Shown here piece after piece: positions 41,769 to 52,318 of a stretch of 64,000 bases of DNA. The stretch lies in the IMG/VR virus record IMGVR_UViG_3300021599_002733. One strand, written 5' to 3'. The first letter of the stretch is position 1, and each line of letters opens with the position of its first letter. Both the position numbers and the translations under genes were made by a program. The DNA is from a virus. Below the pieces are notes generated by a model. The model worked only from the letters and a program-made list of their open reading frames with translations, was not told the origin of the DNA and ran no database searches.

Positions 41769-42442
41769 TATCTGTTTGATTTAGTGTAAATTTCAAATTT
41801 AGATAAGTCTGGGTAGGGAAGCTCAAGGTCTTCATTGTGTTTTGGTTTCCCATTCATATCATAGAATTGGTTCATAAGCAACAATCCACGAGCAGCTAAT
41901 TCAGGCATCATGTAAAAATTCCACCCTAACATGTCTAAATTGTCATCGTGGTAAGAACATTCACGTCTACCACTATACCTTGCTCGTTTAAACCAAAGAT
42001 ATGCTTCGTGACTATCGGTTAAAATAGCTCCACCTTTAGATAGCTTAAAATGTTTGTATGGACCCGTAAATGAAACACACATATGAGTTCCTGGTTTGTA
42101 CATATTTGAAGTGAAAGATAAAGCAGAGTCCCAAACGTTAGTTGGTTCTAATTGGTAGGCACCCTTAATTGTTTTACCTTTAACTTCTCTAAATTTTACT
42201 TTAGCTCCGGCGTGTATGATTTCGCATGGTACTGAAGGATATGTACGGGATGGTATAGTGATTTCTGTCCCATTAACTTTCTCATACATTAATGCTAGAA
42301 ACAGAGCATTTGATTGGTTATCCACTGTTACAACATATGGTGCTCCTGTATAGTCAGATAAACGTTTTTCAAATTCATTTGTTATATCATATACATTTTT
42401 CATATTTCTATTACTTGTTGGTTTGGGTATTGGAAATGGCAT
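41768..42442 (-). CDS. DegT/DnrJ/EryC1/StrS PLP aminotransferase (short form)
   Basis: FEKRLSDYTGA.YVVTV, PSRTYPSV, DSA, SF...K....GGAILTD. Confidence 0.8.
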   Translation of the reverse strand: MPFPIPKPTSNRNMKNVYDITNEFEKRLSDYTGAPYVVTVDNQSNALFLALMYEKVNGTEITIPSRTYPSVPCEIIHAGAKVKFREVKGKTIKGAYQLEPTNVWDSALSFTSNMYKPGTHMCVSFTGPYKHFKLSKGGAILTDSHEAYLWFKRARYSGRRECSYHDDNLDMLGWNFYMMPELAARGLLLMNQFYDMNGKPKHNEDLELPYPDLSKFEIYTKSNR

Positions 42443-43191
42443 ATTCCCTCTACCATTATATTTTTATGACTACAATCTTGTATATTGTATTTTTTTACTA
42501 TTTGAAGTAAAGATACATATTTTTCTTGAGGGATCAAATGATATTTTGAAAGATTGTTTCTTTCTACACATTGTTTTAAAAAAGATTCACATGACCATCC
42601 TTCAATATATTCCCAAATTTTCCCACTATAATTTGAAATATTTTGAATATATTCATATGTTTCATCCATATATGTTTTATCACTAATATAATCGCATTTG
42701 GGGATGTTTAGAAAATAAAAGTTTCCTTGAGGGTAAAAATCTTCATCAATTATCCTTTTAAAATCAAAATCATATTGTACCATCCCACCATAACCAATCC
42801 CATTCAAATAATAAAAATCAGCTTCCTCTACTTGCTTATCTAAAATAGATTTTTGAATGATTACATCATTTGATACTTTACAAAGCCATTCTTCATTATT
42901 CTCTTTACACCAATCAAAAATTAAATTTTCTAAATCAATATACCCATGGTTATGTCCTCTATTTACTTTAGAATCTAAAATAACACAATTTGGGAAATAT
43001 TTTTTCCACATTTGAGTATTTTCTTTTTGAAGGGGAGAACTATAGTTAGTAGATACTATAACTTGCTTAAATTCTTTTAAAACTGGGAGGTTATAAAGGA
43101 TATATTGTTCTAAGAGATCTATATCATCTTGGGATGAAATATATCCCATACCCCCATAAATTGATTTGTTTATTAGTTCTTTTAAAACCAT
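42400..43191 (-). CDS. Putative glycosyltransferase-like protein
   Basis: Cluster context; NRGHNHG and KVSNDV. Confidence 0.45.
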   Translation of the reverse strand: MVLKELINKSIYGGMGYISSQDDIDLLEQYILYNLPVLKEFKQVIVSTNYSSPLQKENTQMWKKYFPNCVILDSKVNRGHNHGYIDLENLIFDWCKENNEEWLCKVSNDVIIQKSILDKQVEEADFYYLNGIGYGGMVQYDFDFKRIIDEDFYPQGNFYFLNIPKCDYISDKTYMDETYEYIQNISNYSGKIWEYIEGWSCESFLKQCVERNNLSKYHLIPQEKYVSLLQIVKKYNIQDCSHKNIMVEGICHFQYPNQQVIEI

Positions 43192-43192
43192 T

Positions 43193-43786
43193 TTATTTCT
43201 TTTTACCCCAAAACATTAAGTCACAGTGGTTGGTTTCTATTGAAAATTCATATGAATCGAAGATTCCATCAATATCACAAAATTCTCTAATATCTTCTTC
43301 TGTTACATTTTTATAGTATTCATTATCCCAATCTTCCCTTTCAACGTTTGGCATTGTTTTCCAATTATCTATTAGGTTTCCTTGAGATGTTTTCCCTTTT
43401 GCTTTATCGATAGCATCTTGTGTTGCAGTCCCATGCACAGGTCTTCCAGTTGTAGCGCAAGTCCATATAAAATAACCACCAGATTTTAACATACGAATAG
43501 CATTCATAATACTTTCTTTATAGAATGGATTATGTTCCCAACATTCACATGATATAATAGTGTCAAACGTTCCATCAGGAGCATCATATTCATTTGCGGG
43601 ACAAGCAACATCTACCCCAGGTCCTGGGAGCAAATCTAGTCCTATAAAGTCACAGTTATCAAACCATGGTTTTTCATTTCCATTAACATCGAATGAACCA
43701 ATATCCAATACTTTACAATTTTGAAATGAATTTGGAAATTGATTTTTCATCCTATCTAAATAATCTCGTTGTTCTTTATGTGCCAT
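43193..43786 (-). CDS. Class I SAM-dependent methyltransferase
   Basis: KVLDIGSFDVNG, FDTIISCECWEH, LKSGG. Confidence 0.85.
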   Translation of the reverse strand: MAHKEQRDYLDRMKNQFPNSFQNCKVLDIGSFDVNGNEKPWFDNCDFIGLDLLPGPGVDVACPANEYDAPDGTFDTIISCECWEHNPFYKESIMNAIRMLKSGGYFIWTCATTGRPVHGTATQDAIDKAKGKTSQGNLIDNWKTMPNVEREDWDNEYYKNVTEEDIREFCDIDGIFDSYEFSIETNHCDLMFWGKKK

Positions 43787-43792
43787 AGTTGT

Positions 43793-44416
43793 TTAAATTT
43801 CGTTATATAACTGGTTTTGTTTTTCTTGTTTCTCTATGGTTTTAGGGTGGTATAGGGCTAGTTCCTCCATTTCTGGCAGGTCTGTTATAGTTTTAAAACC
43901 AATTAAAGTTTCATGTACTTTATTTTCCCACTTGATTTCGGGGGTGTTTTTGTAGATGCGCATTTGCCTATCAGGCCAATTAATCCAACCATTTCCATTT
44001 ACTCTCCAACCCCATACTCGAATATGTTCTTCTGTAATACCTTTTACAGTATTAACTCTAGGAACTCTATAAACGTCAATATCTGGGTTTAGCTCTAGTA
44101 TGCTAGGTAGATTTTCAACTAGGTATTGGTTGGGGATTTCATCGGCATCAATGTTTACTATATAATCTCCACTACACAGACTGGTTAATTTATTCTTCCA
44201 GTCTGCAAAGTGTCGATCGAATTTCCCTTTATGCCAGGCAAATTCTCCATTAATTGAATGGGTCCTTAAAAAGGTTTCCACTTCCGAATCACCATTTGCT
44301 TCATCATATAGTATTACAATATTGTCTTGTGAACGTTTGTGTTGAAGCAAAAAGTGCACTAAACGTTGAATTTCTACAAATTCTCGACATACTGTAATTG
44401 CGTATGTTATTTTCAT
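43793..44416 (-). CDS. GT2-family glycosyltransferase
   Basis: FADWKN, NIDADE, WPD.Q.R, VHE. Confidence 0.85.
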   Translation of the reverse strand: MKITYAITVCREFVEIQRLVHFLLQHKRSQDNIVILYDEANGDSEVETFLRTHSINGEFAWHKGKFDRHFADWKNKLTSLCSGDYIVNIDADEIPNQYLVENLPSILELNPDIDVYRVPRVNTVKGITEEHIRVWGWRVNGNGWINWPDRQMRIYKNTPEIKWENKVHETLIGFKTITDLPEMEELALYHPKTIEKQEKQNQLYNEI

Positions 44417-44428
44417 ATAAATATTGGG

Positions 44429-45429
44429 TTACTCAGGTAATACTCCAATATACGAAAGAGCTTCTATATAATCACGCTCTTCAAAAACTTTCATATTTAC
44501 CATATCCATCTTGTGAGTTTGGGTTTTACCCATTACTTCTTTTCTTTCTCCCTCAGGTACCTCAATTGCTTTTACAGCACCCCATCCCCAACTTGAAGCA
44601 TTTGGACCATATGCAAACACCATACCTTGTTCAGGGATGTTGATTGTGTTTGGGAGCCATACAAGATTTGTTTCTGAATCTTTCCAAGCTAGTTCCTTGT
44701 ATAGTTCTGGGATGTCTTGCATTTGGGTTTCATAAAATTCTTCTCCTTCTTTCATAAAGGTATTTGTCCAAAACCCACAAGACAAGCTCAAATATGTTGC
44801 TATTTCAGGGTTAATTTGAGTTTTGTAGCAGAGGTCTCCTCCACTTTTAGGGCAATTGATTATTTCTTCTGTTGATATCATGGTGTTTATTTTTTTCTTA
44901 TTATAAATTCATTTGATCTTTTTTCTATATCAAATTGTTCTTTACTTACAAATTTATCAACTATTTTAGAAAATACTTTCATTCTTAAATTCCCATAACT
45001 GTCTTTGGAATATGCTTTAAAATACAATATAGGATATTGATTTTTTTCTATAAAAGGTAATATTTCATCTTTGCATATTTTGGAAACAGTATCTAAATAG
45101 TTTTTCCCTTTTAATTCTTTCTGCTTAGCAAACCCATCATCCTTTTCAGGAAAGTAAAAATCTAAGATCCAATAGTGGTTTTCATCGTATCCACCCTCTT
45201 TTAAAGTTACAACAAAATAAGGATCATCTTCATGTTTTATTTTAAACATCATCTCACCACTATCTCTTACAATTTTTTCATAATCGTAACTTAATTCAGG
45301 GTTTAGAAATTCTGTAAGTATAGTATTGGCAAAAAAATAATATTCTTGTAATCCTTTATTTTTTAATAGTTTTACATCTTCATGGAATAAGATCTCAATA
45401 AGTTTCCATTCGTTAAACTGTTTATCCAT
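44429..45429 (-). CDS. Two hypothetical ORFs (44429-44881, 44887-45429)
   Basis: ORF track. Confidence 0.65.
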
Positions 45430-46723
45430 TTACCTCTACTTTTTTAAGTTTTGGGAGCTCTATACGATTAAGTTGAGGTAATTTTAACTCTACACGTTTT
45501 GGAAAATCAGGTAACTTTTGTGTTAAAATAGTATCTAATTTTTCTTTCATTGTATCAAATGAGAATTTTGTTCTGCTGTGAAATCCTTGCCGTTTAGCAT
45601 TATCTGTATAGTTTTTATAGTTTTCAAACATATCTTTTAGATAGTGTCCAACATGACCATGATCCACTGAGAACCATTGTGCCTCTTTTAACAGCATACC
45701 ATTTGCTGCCGCAGGATGAATATTTGTTAGTTGACCGGGAAGAAGGGTAGTAAATTCAGGGTTAAGGTAATCTATATGTCCACTCCAATTTGTTGTGATG
45801 ATTGGTTTGTTGGTTAAAGAAAATTCAAGTAATGGACGTCCGAACCCTTCTCCCTTAGTCAAGCTAACCATAGCTTTTACTTTTGAATGATTATACAACT
45901 CATTCATTTCTGAATCTGTAAATTCACCATGAAGTAAATATATGTTAGGTAGGTTTTTAGAGTTTACGGTTGAGGCAATTGCTTTAATTCGTTTTACAAG
46001 CTCATTTCTATCCATATAAGAGGCTCCAACTTGTGTTGTTTTCAAAATCAACGCTGGTTTCTTTGTTTTGTTTTTAAATGTCTCGTAAAATGCTTTGATT
46101 AGCAACGTAATATTTTTTCTGTCTTCTCCAATTGGAGTATTTCCAATCCAATGTCCTACAAACAGATAAGCGAAGTCCTCTTTCATATCCTGTAGTTTAA
46201 AGTTAGATTTTACAGGTTTGTATACCTCTGTATTTGCTCCCTCAAACAATATCTCACCATCTCGAGTCCATTCAATATTTCCCATTGATTGGTTTGTTTG
46301 TTGGTCACGTTTTTCAAACTTTGAATTACGTAAAATATCAATTGTATGATTTGAAGAACCCAAAATCAGATCCATTCGTTGACATCCTTCAACCCACTCA
46401 GCAGGGGCAATCGTTGATTCTATACCTGCTGTAATTCCAATGTTGTATTTTCCGATTGGTTGAAATTCATTTGGTACAGTAATTTGACACCAAATTTCTG
46501 GTTGGGAAGATAATTGTGGGTTAGGTAAAATGTGGTTCTCCAAGAATTTCCATTCTGGGTTTGTTTCAATGAACCCAAATGGGGTATTTCCCCATCGTTG
46601 AGGCAATACTTTTACCTCGTATTTATCTAGCTCAATTATAGCTTTAACTACATCTCGCGAACGTGCTCCGTAACCACTAAAAGTATCTATTGGACACGAA
46701 ATTACAAATGTTGGTTTACTCAT
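45422..46723 (-). CDS. GT4-like (GT-B) glycosyltransferase
   Basis: SGYG, RKN, GEGFGRPLLE, TNWSGH. Confidence 0.85.
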   Translation of the reverse strand: MSKPTFVISCPIDTFSGYGARSRDVVKAIIELDKYEVKVLPQRWGNTPFGFIETNPEWKFLENHILPNPQLSSQPEIWCQITVPNEFQPIGKYNIGITAGIESTIAPAEWVEGCQRMDLILGSSNHTIDILRNSKFEKRDQQTNQSMGNIEWTRDGEILFEGANTEVYKPVKSNFKLQDMKEDFAYLFVGHWIGNTPIGEDRKNITLLIKAFYETFKNKTKKPALILKTTQVGASYMDRNELVKRIKAIASTVNSKNLPNIYLLHGEFTDSEMNELYNHSKVKAMVSLTKGEGFGRPLLEFSLTNKPIITTNWSGHIDYLNPEFTTLLPGQLTNIHPAAANGMLLKEAQWFSVDHGHVGHYLKDMFENYKNYTDNAKRQGFHSRTKFSFDTMKEKLDTILTQKLPDFPKRVELKLPQLNRIELPKLKKVEVNG

Positions 46724-46974
46724 ATAACTTGTTTTAATTTTATTTCAGGTATAAATTCGGTTGGTGATTGAACATATTCATATTGCTCGAGTTCTTCCTC
46801 ATGCAAACATATAAGTTCTGTAGTGTTTTTATTATCTTTTGTAAATGCAAACAATATGATTTCCCCAGGTTTAATTTCTCTTCCCGAAGTATACGCTTTA
46901 AGGGTTACTTTCTCAAGTGCCTCTTGTGTAACTATTTTATTTTCTGTAAATTGGTGTAAAAAATGCTCTCTCAT
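46720..46974 (-). CDS. Hypothetical protein
   Basis: ORF track. Confidence 0.55.
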   Translation of the reverse strand: MREHFLHQFTENKIVTQEALEKVTLKAYTSGREIKPGEIILFAFTKDNKNTTELICLHEEELEQYEYVQSPTEFIPEIKLKQVI

Positions 46975-46977
46975 ATT

Positions 46978-48411
46978 CTAGTACAATAACTCGTGACACA
47001 ATTCATCTTCTTCAACTTCATTAACGTTGATGAATTCATATTTTTCTCGTGGAGTCCACGTGTTAAATAATTGATCTATCGCGTTAATTGCTCTTTCTCC
47101 CATTCTTCCTCCAGTAAAACCTCCTTCATTTAAGGCAAATTCTCTACCTTTTAAACCAAGTACAGAACGTTCTTCTTTACTCATGTTGTACAATTGTTTG
47201 ATACAATCTGCTGCATCCTCTGGGTTGCATCTGTCATCCCAAATGTAAGGTGTGGTTGGTGAGCCTTGAATTGAGCGATTTGAAGGGTAAACTGGTAAAG
47301 CCCACGCACCGTGTTTTTTATAGTGACCTGTATGGTTTGAAGGTATTTGTGGAGATGGTACAAACCAATTTCCATTTTCATCTCTAAAGCCCATTTGGTC
47401 TTGCATTCCACCTGTAACGTTTGCTATGATTGGAGTTCCTGCAAGTATTGCCTCTGTTAGAGATAGGCCCCATCCTTCGTTAGAAGTTAACAAAATTTGA
47501 GCATCCGCTATATTGTATAACATGTTTAGTTGAGACGAATCAAGTTTATTTGTTGAAAAATATATTGCGTTTGGATAGTCTTTAAAGAATAGTTTACGTA
47601 CTGCCTCCAAATCCGTTCCATGCTCCGAAATAACTTCTGTGTGAAGTACAAAAGCACATTTATCTGCTTTTTCTTTCGGTAGTTTATCCAAAAAGTAACG
47701 AAACGCAAGCATAGTGTCCGGAATTTGTTTTCTACGAATGTTTCTTGAATTAAAGAACAATACAAAATCTTTTTGTTCTCCCTTAAACAATTGCTTTTTA
47801 AAGTCAACTAGCGTTGGATCTGCCTCGTTAAGCGGTTTAAAAATGTTCTCGTTTAGCCCGTGCGGAACATACTCAATCACTTTGTTTTTCGCTTTTTCCC
47901 CCAACACTAACTCGTTTATGAGTTTTGTTTGCTTTGAAATCGCTAACAACGCATCACACGACTCGTAAAATCCTTTGTTGTACAATGGTGTTGGTAAATC
48001 ATCCCAGATGTTCAAATAAATGATAGGGCATGTTTTTCTAATCTCGTTTTCAATGGCAAACAACCAATCAAAATACCTAGGATCCGTAATCAACATGATT
48101 GCATCTGGTTTTTCTACTTGCATCATTTGACGAATCAAATCTGCATCTCCATATCCATTAACAGGATATAGTGTAACGGAAGAATCTGTTAAGCCCGAGT
48201 TTGTGTTTGTGTCTTGGGACAGGTCAAAGCGTTTTCCTTGATCGGGATGTTGAATTGCTCCCCCTAAATTTACCCAATTGAAATGTTGAGCTGTGTTTAT
48301 AACTAGCTCACGTGCAACTGTTGCTACTCCCGAATGTACACGAATATCGTCACATATTAGGAGGATTTTTTTACGTTCGTTTTTTGGTAGATAACCGAAT
48401 TTTTCTTTCAT
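46978..48411 (-). CDS. GT4-like (GT-B) glycosyltransferase
   Basis: VPHG, RNIRRK, NEGWGLSLTEA, TGGMQDQ. Confidence 0.88.
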   Translation of the reverse strand: MKEKFGYLPKNERKKILLICDDIRVHSGVATVARELVINTAQHFNWVNLGGAIQHPDQGKRFDLSQDTNTNSGLTDSSVTLYPVNGYGDADLIRQMMQVEKPDAIMLITDPRYFDWLFAIENEIRKTCPIIYLNIWDDLPTPLYNKGFYESCDALLAISKQTKLINELVLGEKAKNKVIEYVPHGLNENIFKPLNEADPTLVDFKKQLFKGEQKDFVLFFNSRNIRRKQIPDTMLAFRYFLDKLPKEKADKCAFVLHTEVISEHGTDLEAVRKLFFKDYPNAIYFSTNKLDSSQLNMLYNIADAQILLTSNEGWGLSLTEAILAGTPIIANVTGGMQDQMGFRDENGNWFVPSPQIPSNHTGHYKKHGAWALPVYPSNRSIQGSPTTPYIWDDRCNPEDAADCIKQLYNMSKEERSVLGLKGREFALNEGGFTGGRMGERAINAIDQLFNTWTPREKYEFINVNEVEEDELCHELLY

Positions 48412-48468
48412 AACTAAAAAATGATTTTTTTAGGGTTTATTTATAACTTATTTTTGTAATATAACTAT

Positions 48469-48666
48469 TTAATCTTCATTTTCCAAGGATAGATCACTAT
48501 GGTTGTGAACTTTTTTTCTAAAATCCTCATCCGTTAAATACAAATGGATTGCTCGCTCGCTTAATTTTTGGAAACTGAATTTGCGTTTAATGCACTCTAC
48601 TCTAAAATTTTCAAACAAGTCTTTATCAATTTTGACGCTTGTTAATGTTTGGTTTTTTTCACTCAT
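48469..48666 (-). CDS. Ribbon-helix-helix-like DNA-binding protein
   Basis: LTSVKIDKDLFENFRVEC....SFQKL..RAIHLYL; likely start MSEKNQ. Confidence 0.6.
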   Translation of the reverse strand: MSEKNQTLTSVKIDKDLFENFRVECIKRKFSFQKLSERAIHLYLTDEDFRKKVHNHSDLSLENED

Positions 48667-48706
48667 ATACGTTTGGTTTATATTATCGTATATAAATATA
48701 TTAGTA

Positions 48707-49650
48707 TTAGTGGTAAGTCGCTGAGCAAAGATGAGTTTTGTGAAAAACACACCACTTGCAATTATCGTTTAGTTGTGGTTTGTGCTCTACTTTTTTGTAT
48801 CCGTTTGTATCAAACACTTCGTTTATAAACTTGTTTATTGATTCTGTTGCTTTTTTTATTTTGATTTTACCTGTTGCCGGTTTGAAAATTTGTATTCGTT
48901 TGATAACATAGTCTTCACTTTCGTATAACTTTCGTTTTACAATAAAGAATTCTACATCAATGTTTTCTTCGGGGAAATTGTATAGTTCGGAAAAATATTT
49001 TTTGTATAAAATAAGTTGAAACTGCTTGTTTTCGTCTTTTTTCTGCTTATCGTTCCATCCACTAGTGGATGTCTTCAAATCTATTATTTTGATTCTATTG
49101 GTTGGCTCATGATACATTACCACATCTAGATAACCTTGATAAACTATGTTGGGGTAGTTTGAGTTTGGAGATAGTACAATTGGAACTTCACACCCCACTA
49201 AATGCCATCCACGTTTGGAGAAATGTTTGCCTTTGTTTTTTGCAAAGTCACGGATGATAGCTTCCCCATCCTCATAGAATTCTCTAAGTTCCTCTGGGGA
49301 GGAAAAATGTTGTTTGTTGTTTGATTTGTATTGTTTGGTATATTCTTCACGTAATATGTCTTCGAACATTTCGGATGTGTTGATTTTGTCTGCTTCAACC
49401 ATGCTTTGCTCGTACATTACTGTTAGGTAATGTTGGATTACTTCATGTAATGCGGTTCCAAAAACAGTATGAATAGTGGAGGTGAATTGTTTATGTCCTT
49501 CAATGTATTGTAGAGAATATTTTTTGGGACATTCATTGTACATTGAGAGTTGAGAGTATGAAATTGATTTTTCACTTGCCCAATCTATGTCTCGTTTAAT
49601 TGCATTACGGATGTCTTTTACAATTTGAGGGATAACTTTCTTTTTAGCCA
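48707..49650 (-). CDS. PD-(D/E)XK nuclease (RecB/Cas4-like exonuclease)
   Basis: ISYSQL...CP, GTALHE, GYLD, IIDLKT, QLILY, CKWC...C. Confidence 0.85.
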
Positions 49651-49693
49651 TAACTTCAAGATACAAAAACTTTATTGCTTATCCAAGGAAAAA

Positions 49694-49750
49694 GAAACCC
49701 CCATGATAGCGAACGTTGGGGGTTTCGCCGTTACTGTTTGGTAACGGTCC
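49694..49750 (-). terminator. Double hairpin ending in an intrinsic terminator
   Basis: CCGTTAC/GTAACGG, then GAAACCCCCA/TGGGGGTTTC + TTTT. Confidence 0.7.
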
Positions 49751-49757
49751 TAAAATA

Positions 49758-50713
49758 TTATTTGATGATGCCAGCTAAACGCTGCATTTTTTTAATTTCC
49801 TCTATTTCTGTTCCATCACCCACTACAGCTTCATAGTCCATCATTCCCAATGTTCCTCCAAAGCGAGATAAATCGATTGCGTTTTCTGCTACGCGGTGTA
49901 GGTCCATATCATCGTTTGCATCCTCTCTAGCGTATTCTAGGAGACGGATGAATAGAGGAACGTCTAGTTTTATAGTGTCTTTTGGGTTCATAGGTCTTCT
50001 CCTGTTTCTTCTCTATATTTAGCTTTAGTAGCTTCAAGAGCTGTTTTAAGATTGGAAAGTGCTTCTTCATAGTTTTTCAAATTACTTTCTGAAAAATTTG
50101 ATGTGTCTTCGCTTTCAAGATCAGAGATAAGTCGAGCAAGAACCCCAGCATGGTTTTTAGTCATATAGCCTGGTCCTCCTTCTAGTGGGTTTGCTTCTTC
50201 TAGTTCTTCTTCTACTTCATTTAATGAAGTACCTTTGGTAAAATGCTCAAATGCAAGTTCGTAATCTGTTTTTTCACGATCGAAAATATTTCCAACCATT
50301 CCCATACCAACGAAGTTTTCGTTTAGAGAGGAAAATTTTCTTCTTTTTAAAGAATTTAACCACATTTTTACCCCAACAATAGGTTGATCTTCAGTATGAG
50401 TATCAAACCACCCTAATTTTTCATATTCATCAGGATTTTTTGATTTTTTAGAAGTTTTCATTGTTACCTTATCTAAATCTGTGGAGGGAGATATAGTTAT
50501 AGTAACAGTTGAAATATTTTCACCTGTTTGGGATGAGTTATTATCATATTGGAATGAAAAACTATCTCCCATATCTTTAAAAGTATCAAATGATGAGGCT
50601 AAAGTTTTTAAATCCTCAAAAGATGTTCCTTTATCTTCTTCTAATTTTGCTTTATATTCACTTTCTGTGATTACTCCTGAAAGCATTTGCATGCGTAGTG
50701 TTTCTTTATTCAT
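49758..50713 (-). CDS. Two putative late/virion proteins (49758-49991; 49988-50713) carrying the MQxLxG(I/V)I motif
   Basis: KMQRLAGIIK at a C-terminus; MNKETLRMQMLSGVITESEY at an N-terminus; late motif at about 50728. Confidence 0.65.
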
Positions 50714-50735
50714 TTTAAGTATTTTATTATAAATA

Positions 50736-50954
50736 TTATATATTTTTTGCTTCACGCAACACTTTTAGAGCTTTTTGCATGTACAAAATATCATCAAGTT
50801 TTTCCTGGATGGAGTGTTCTAACCATTCCTCTAAAGATAAATCGCCGCGATCCAAATCTGTTCCGTATTTTTGTTTTCCTATAGTGGCTCTATCAACGAA
50901 TTTGTCTATAATGGAATCTACAATTGAATCTGTAACCTTAATTTCTCTTGTCAT
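50736..50954 (-). CDS. Small all-alpha protein, possibly NTP-pyrophosphatase-like
   Basis: GKQKYGTDLDR.DL...WLEH..QE..D.ILY. Confidence 0.45.
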   Translation of the reverse strand: MTREIKVTDSIVDSIIDKFVDRATIGKQKYGTDLDRGDLSLEEWLEHSIQEKLDDILYMQKALKVLREAKNI

Positions 50955-51385
50955 TACTTTAATAGTTTATCTGCTTCTTTATCGGTTATTCCCATTTTGT
51001 ATAGGACTCCTCTCACACCATGTTCACGTAAAAGGTCCATATATTCTTCTGCTTCACCCAAACTACATTCAAAATGTTTAGCTACATAATCTATTGCTTG
51101 AAGGTTTTTCTTGCGCTTGCTTACCTTTAAATACTTGAAGAACGTTTTTTGTTTTGGGATCATCTCTCTATAAATTAAATATATTTGCTGTTTGTTATCG
51201 TATGGTATAGTTTGGATATAGTTTACAAGTTCAATGTAGCGTATATCCATCGATACGTATCTGTTGATCATGTAAGAGTTCCAACTATCCCACGATTCTT
51301 GCGAAATATTTTCAATTGGTGATTTATAGAGGGTGATTTCATTTAACCACCCCCATAAATCTTTTATTTCTTTCTGTTTACTCAC
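50954..51385 (-). CDS. Putative clamp loader small subunit (gp62-like)
   Basis: YMINRYVS..., FFKYLK, VAKHFECS..EA..Y; near the large subunit. Confidence 0.6.
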   Translation of the reverse strand: MSKQKEIKDLWGWLNEITLYKSPIENISQESWDSWNSYMINRYVSMDIRYIELVNYIQTIPYDNKQQIYLIYREMIPKQKTFFKYLKVSKRKKNLQAIDYVAKHFECSLGEAEEYMDLLREHGVRGVLYKMGITDKEADKLLK

Positions 51386-51618
51386 AGTGAAATATCTTTG
51401 TATTCCTCTCTAATTTCAGGTGGAAGAGAATCTGTTAGAATTTTCTTTGACTCTAGATCGTAAAATACAGGGATTGGAATAAGAGCATCCTCGTCTGCTC
51501 CAATTAGAAACTTAGAGATTTTACGAATGATAACTGCTTGTCCAAATAATTTTTCTCCGTTGAATCCTTCAACAGAGGTTGTTTGTTTGAAATCAATGTT
51601 TGGTGCTTGTGCTTGCAT
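51382..51618 (-). CDS. Hypothetical protein
   Basis: ORF track. Confidence 0.65.
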   Translation of the reverse strand: MQAQAPNIDFKQTTSVEGFNGEKLFGQAVIIRKISKFLIGADEDALIPIPVFYDLESKKILTDSLPPEIREEYKDISL

Positions 51619-51677
51619 TTTTAAAAGTTTTACATATCAATAAAGATAAGAAAAAGCCTGCTGGTAGGCAAGCTTTT

Positions 51678-52076
51678 CTATGAAGGTTTATATGTTCTAT
51701 CATCAATAACGTTCCTTCCATAGTTAATAGCTTCTTCTTTACTCTTATGATTAACAGATGTAAATAAATGGTCACCCTCAGTAAAATAAGCGGCTACTGA
51801 CCAAGTACCAAATGGGTCTTGTCTTACTATTATTATAACACCGTCTTTATATTCTTTGTAAATTTCCCCAACACCATCTGTTACCACTATATCGTCCATC
51901 CCTATATCTTTAAATCTACCATGGTATAGATCAGCTGCATCTTCTTTTTTCTTGGCTGCTTCACGAGCAACTCTTTCATCAAAATCTGGGTCAAAGGCCT
52001 CATTTAATTTAGCAGCATATTCACTTTCAGTGATAATACCAGCTAGTTTTTGCATGTAAAGAAATTCTTTGTTCAT
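51678..52076 (-). CDS. Putative late protein with MNKEFLYMQKLAGIITESEY leader
   Basis: Leader shared with 59556-59885; late motif at about 52097. Confidence 0.7.
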   Translation of the reverse strand: MNKEFLYMQKLAGIITESEYAAKLNEAFDPDFDERVAREAAKKKEDAADLYHGRFKDIGMDDIVVTDGVGEIYKEYKDGVIIIVRQDPFGTWSVAAYFTEGDHLFTSVNHKSKEEAINYGRNVIDDRTYKPS

Positions 52077-52111
52077 ATCGTTTTATTTTGTTTTATTATA
52101 AATATTATGGT

Positions 52112-52318
52112 TTATTTTTTAGTTACTTTTTCTTTTTTATATTCTATAAAATCATGTATAAAACCTGCTGCCACTATTAAGTTCATTCCAATAGAGGCTA
52201 ATATTTCATATATATCTTCATACACATTTGTGCTTAAGTGGATATGTCCTACCATCCAGAAAGGTACGGCTAAGTTTCCAGATACCCACGAAAGAGTATA
52301 TTTTAGGAAATATTTCAC
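52112..52318 (-). CDS. Small membrane protein
   Basis: Hydrophobic segments. Confidence 0.6.
   Translation of the reverse strand: MKYFLKYTLSWVSGNLAVPFWMVGHIHLSTNVYEDIYEILASIGMNLIVAAGFIHDFIEYKKEKVTKK

Noticed and set aside
48707-49666. Cas4 of a CRISPR system
   Set aside because: Stand-alone PD-(D/E)XK nuclease typical of phages; no array or other cas genes
49700-49757. Hammerhead ribozyme (CGAAAC present)
   Set aside because: No CTGANGA core in the right position
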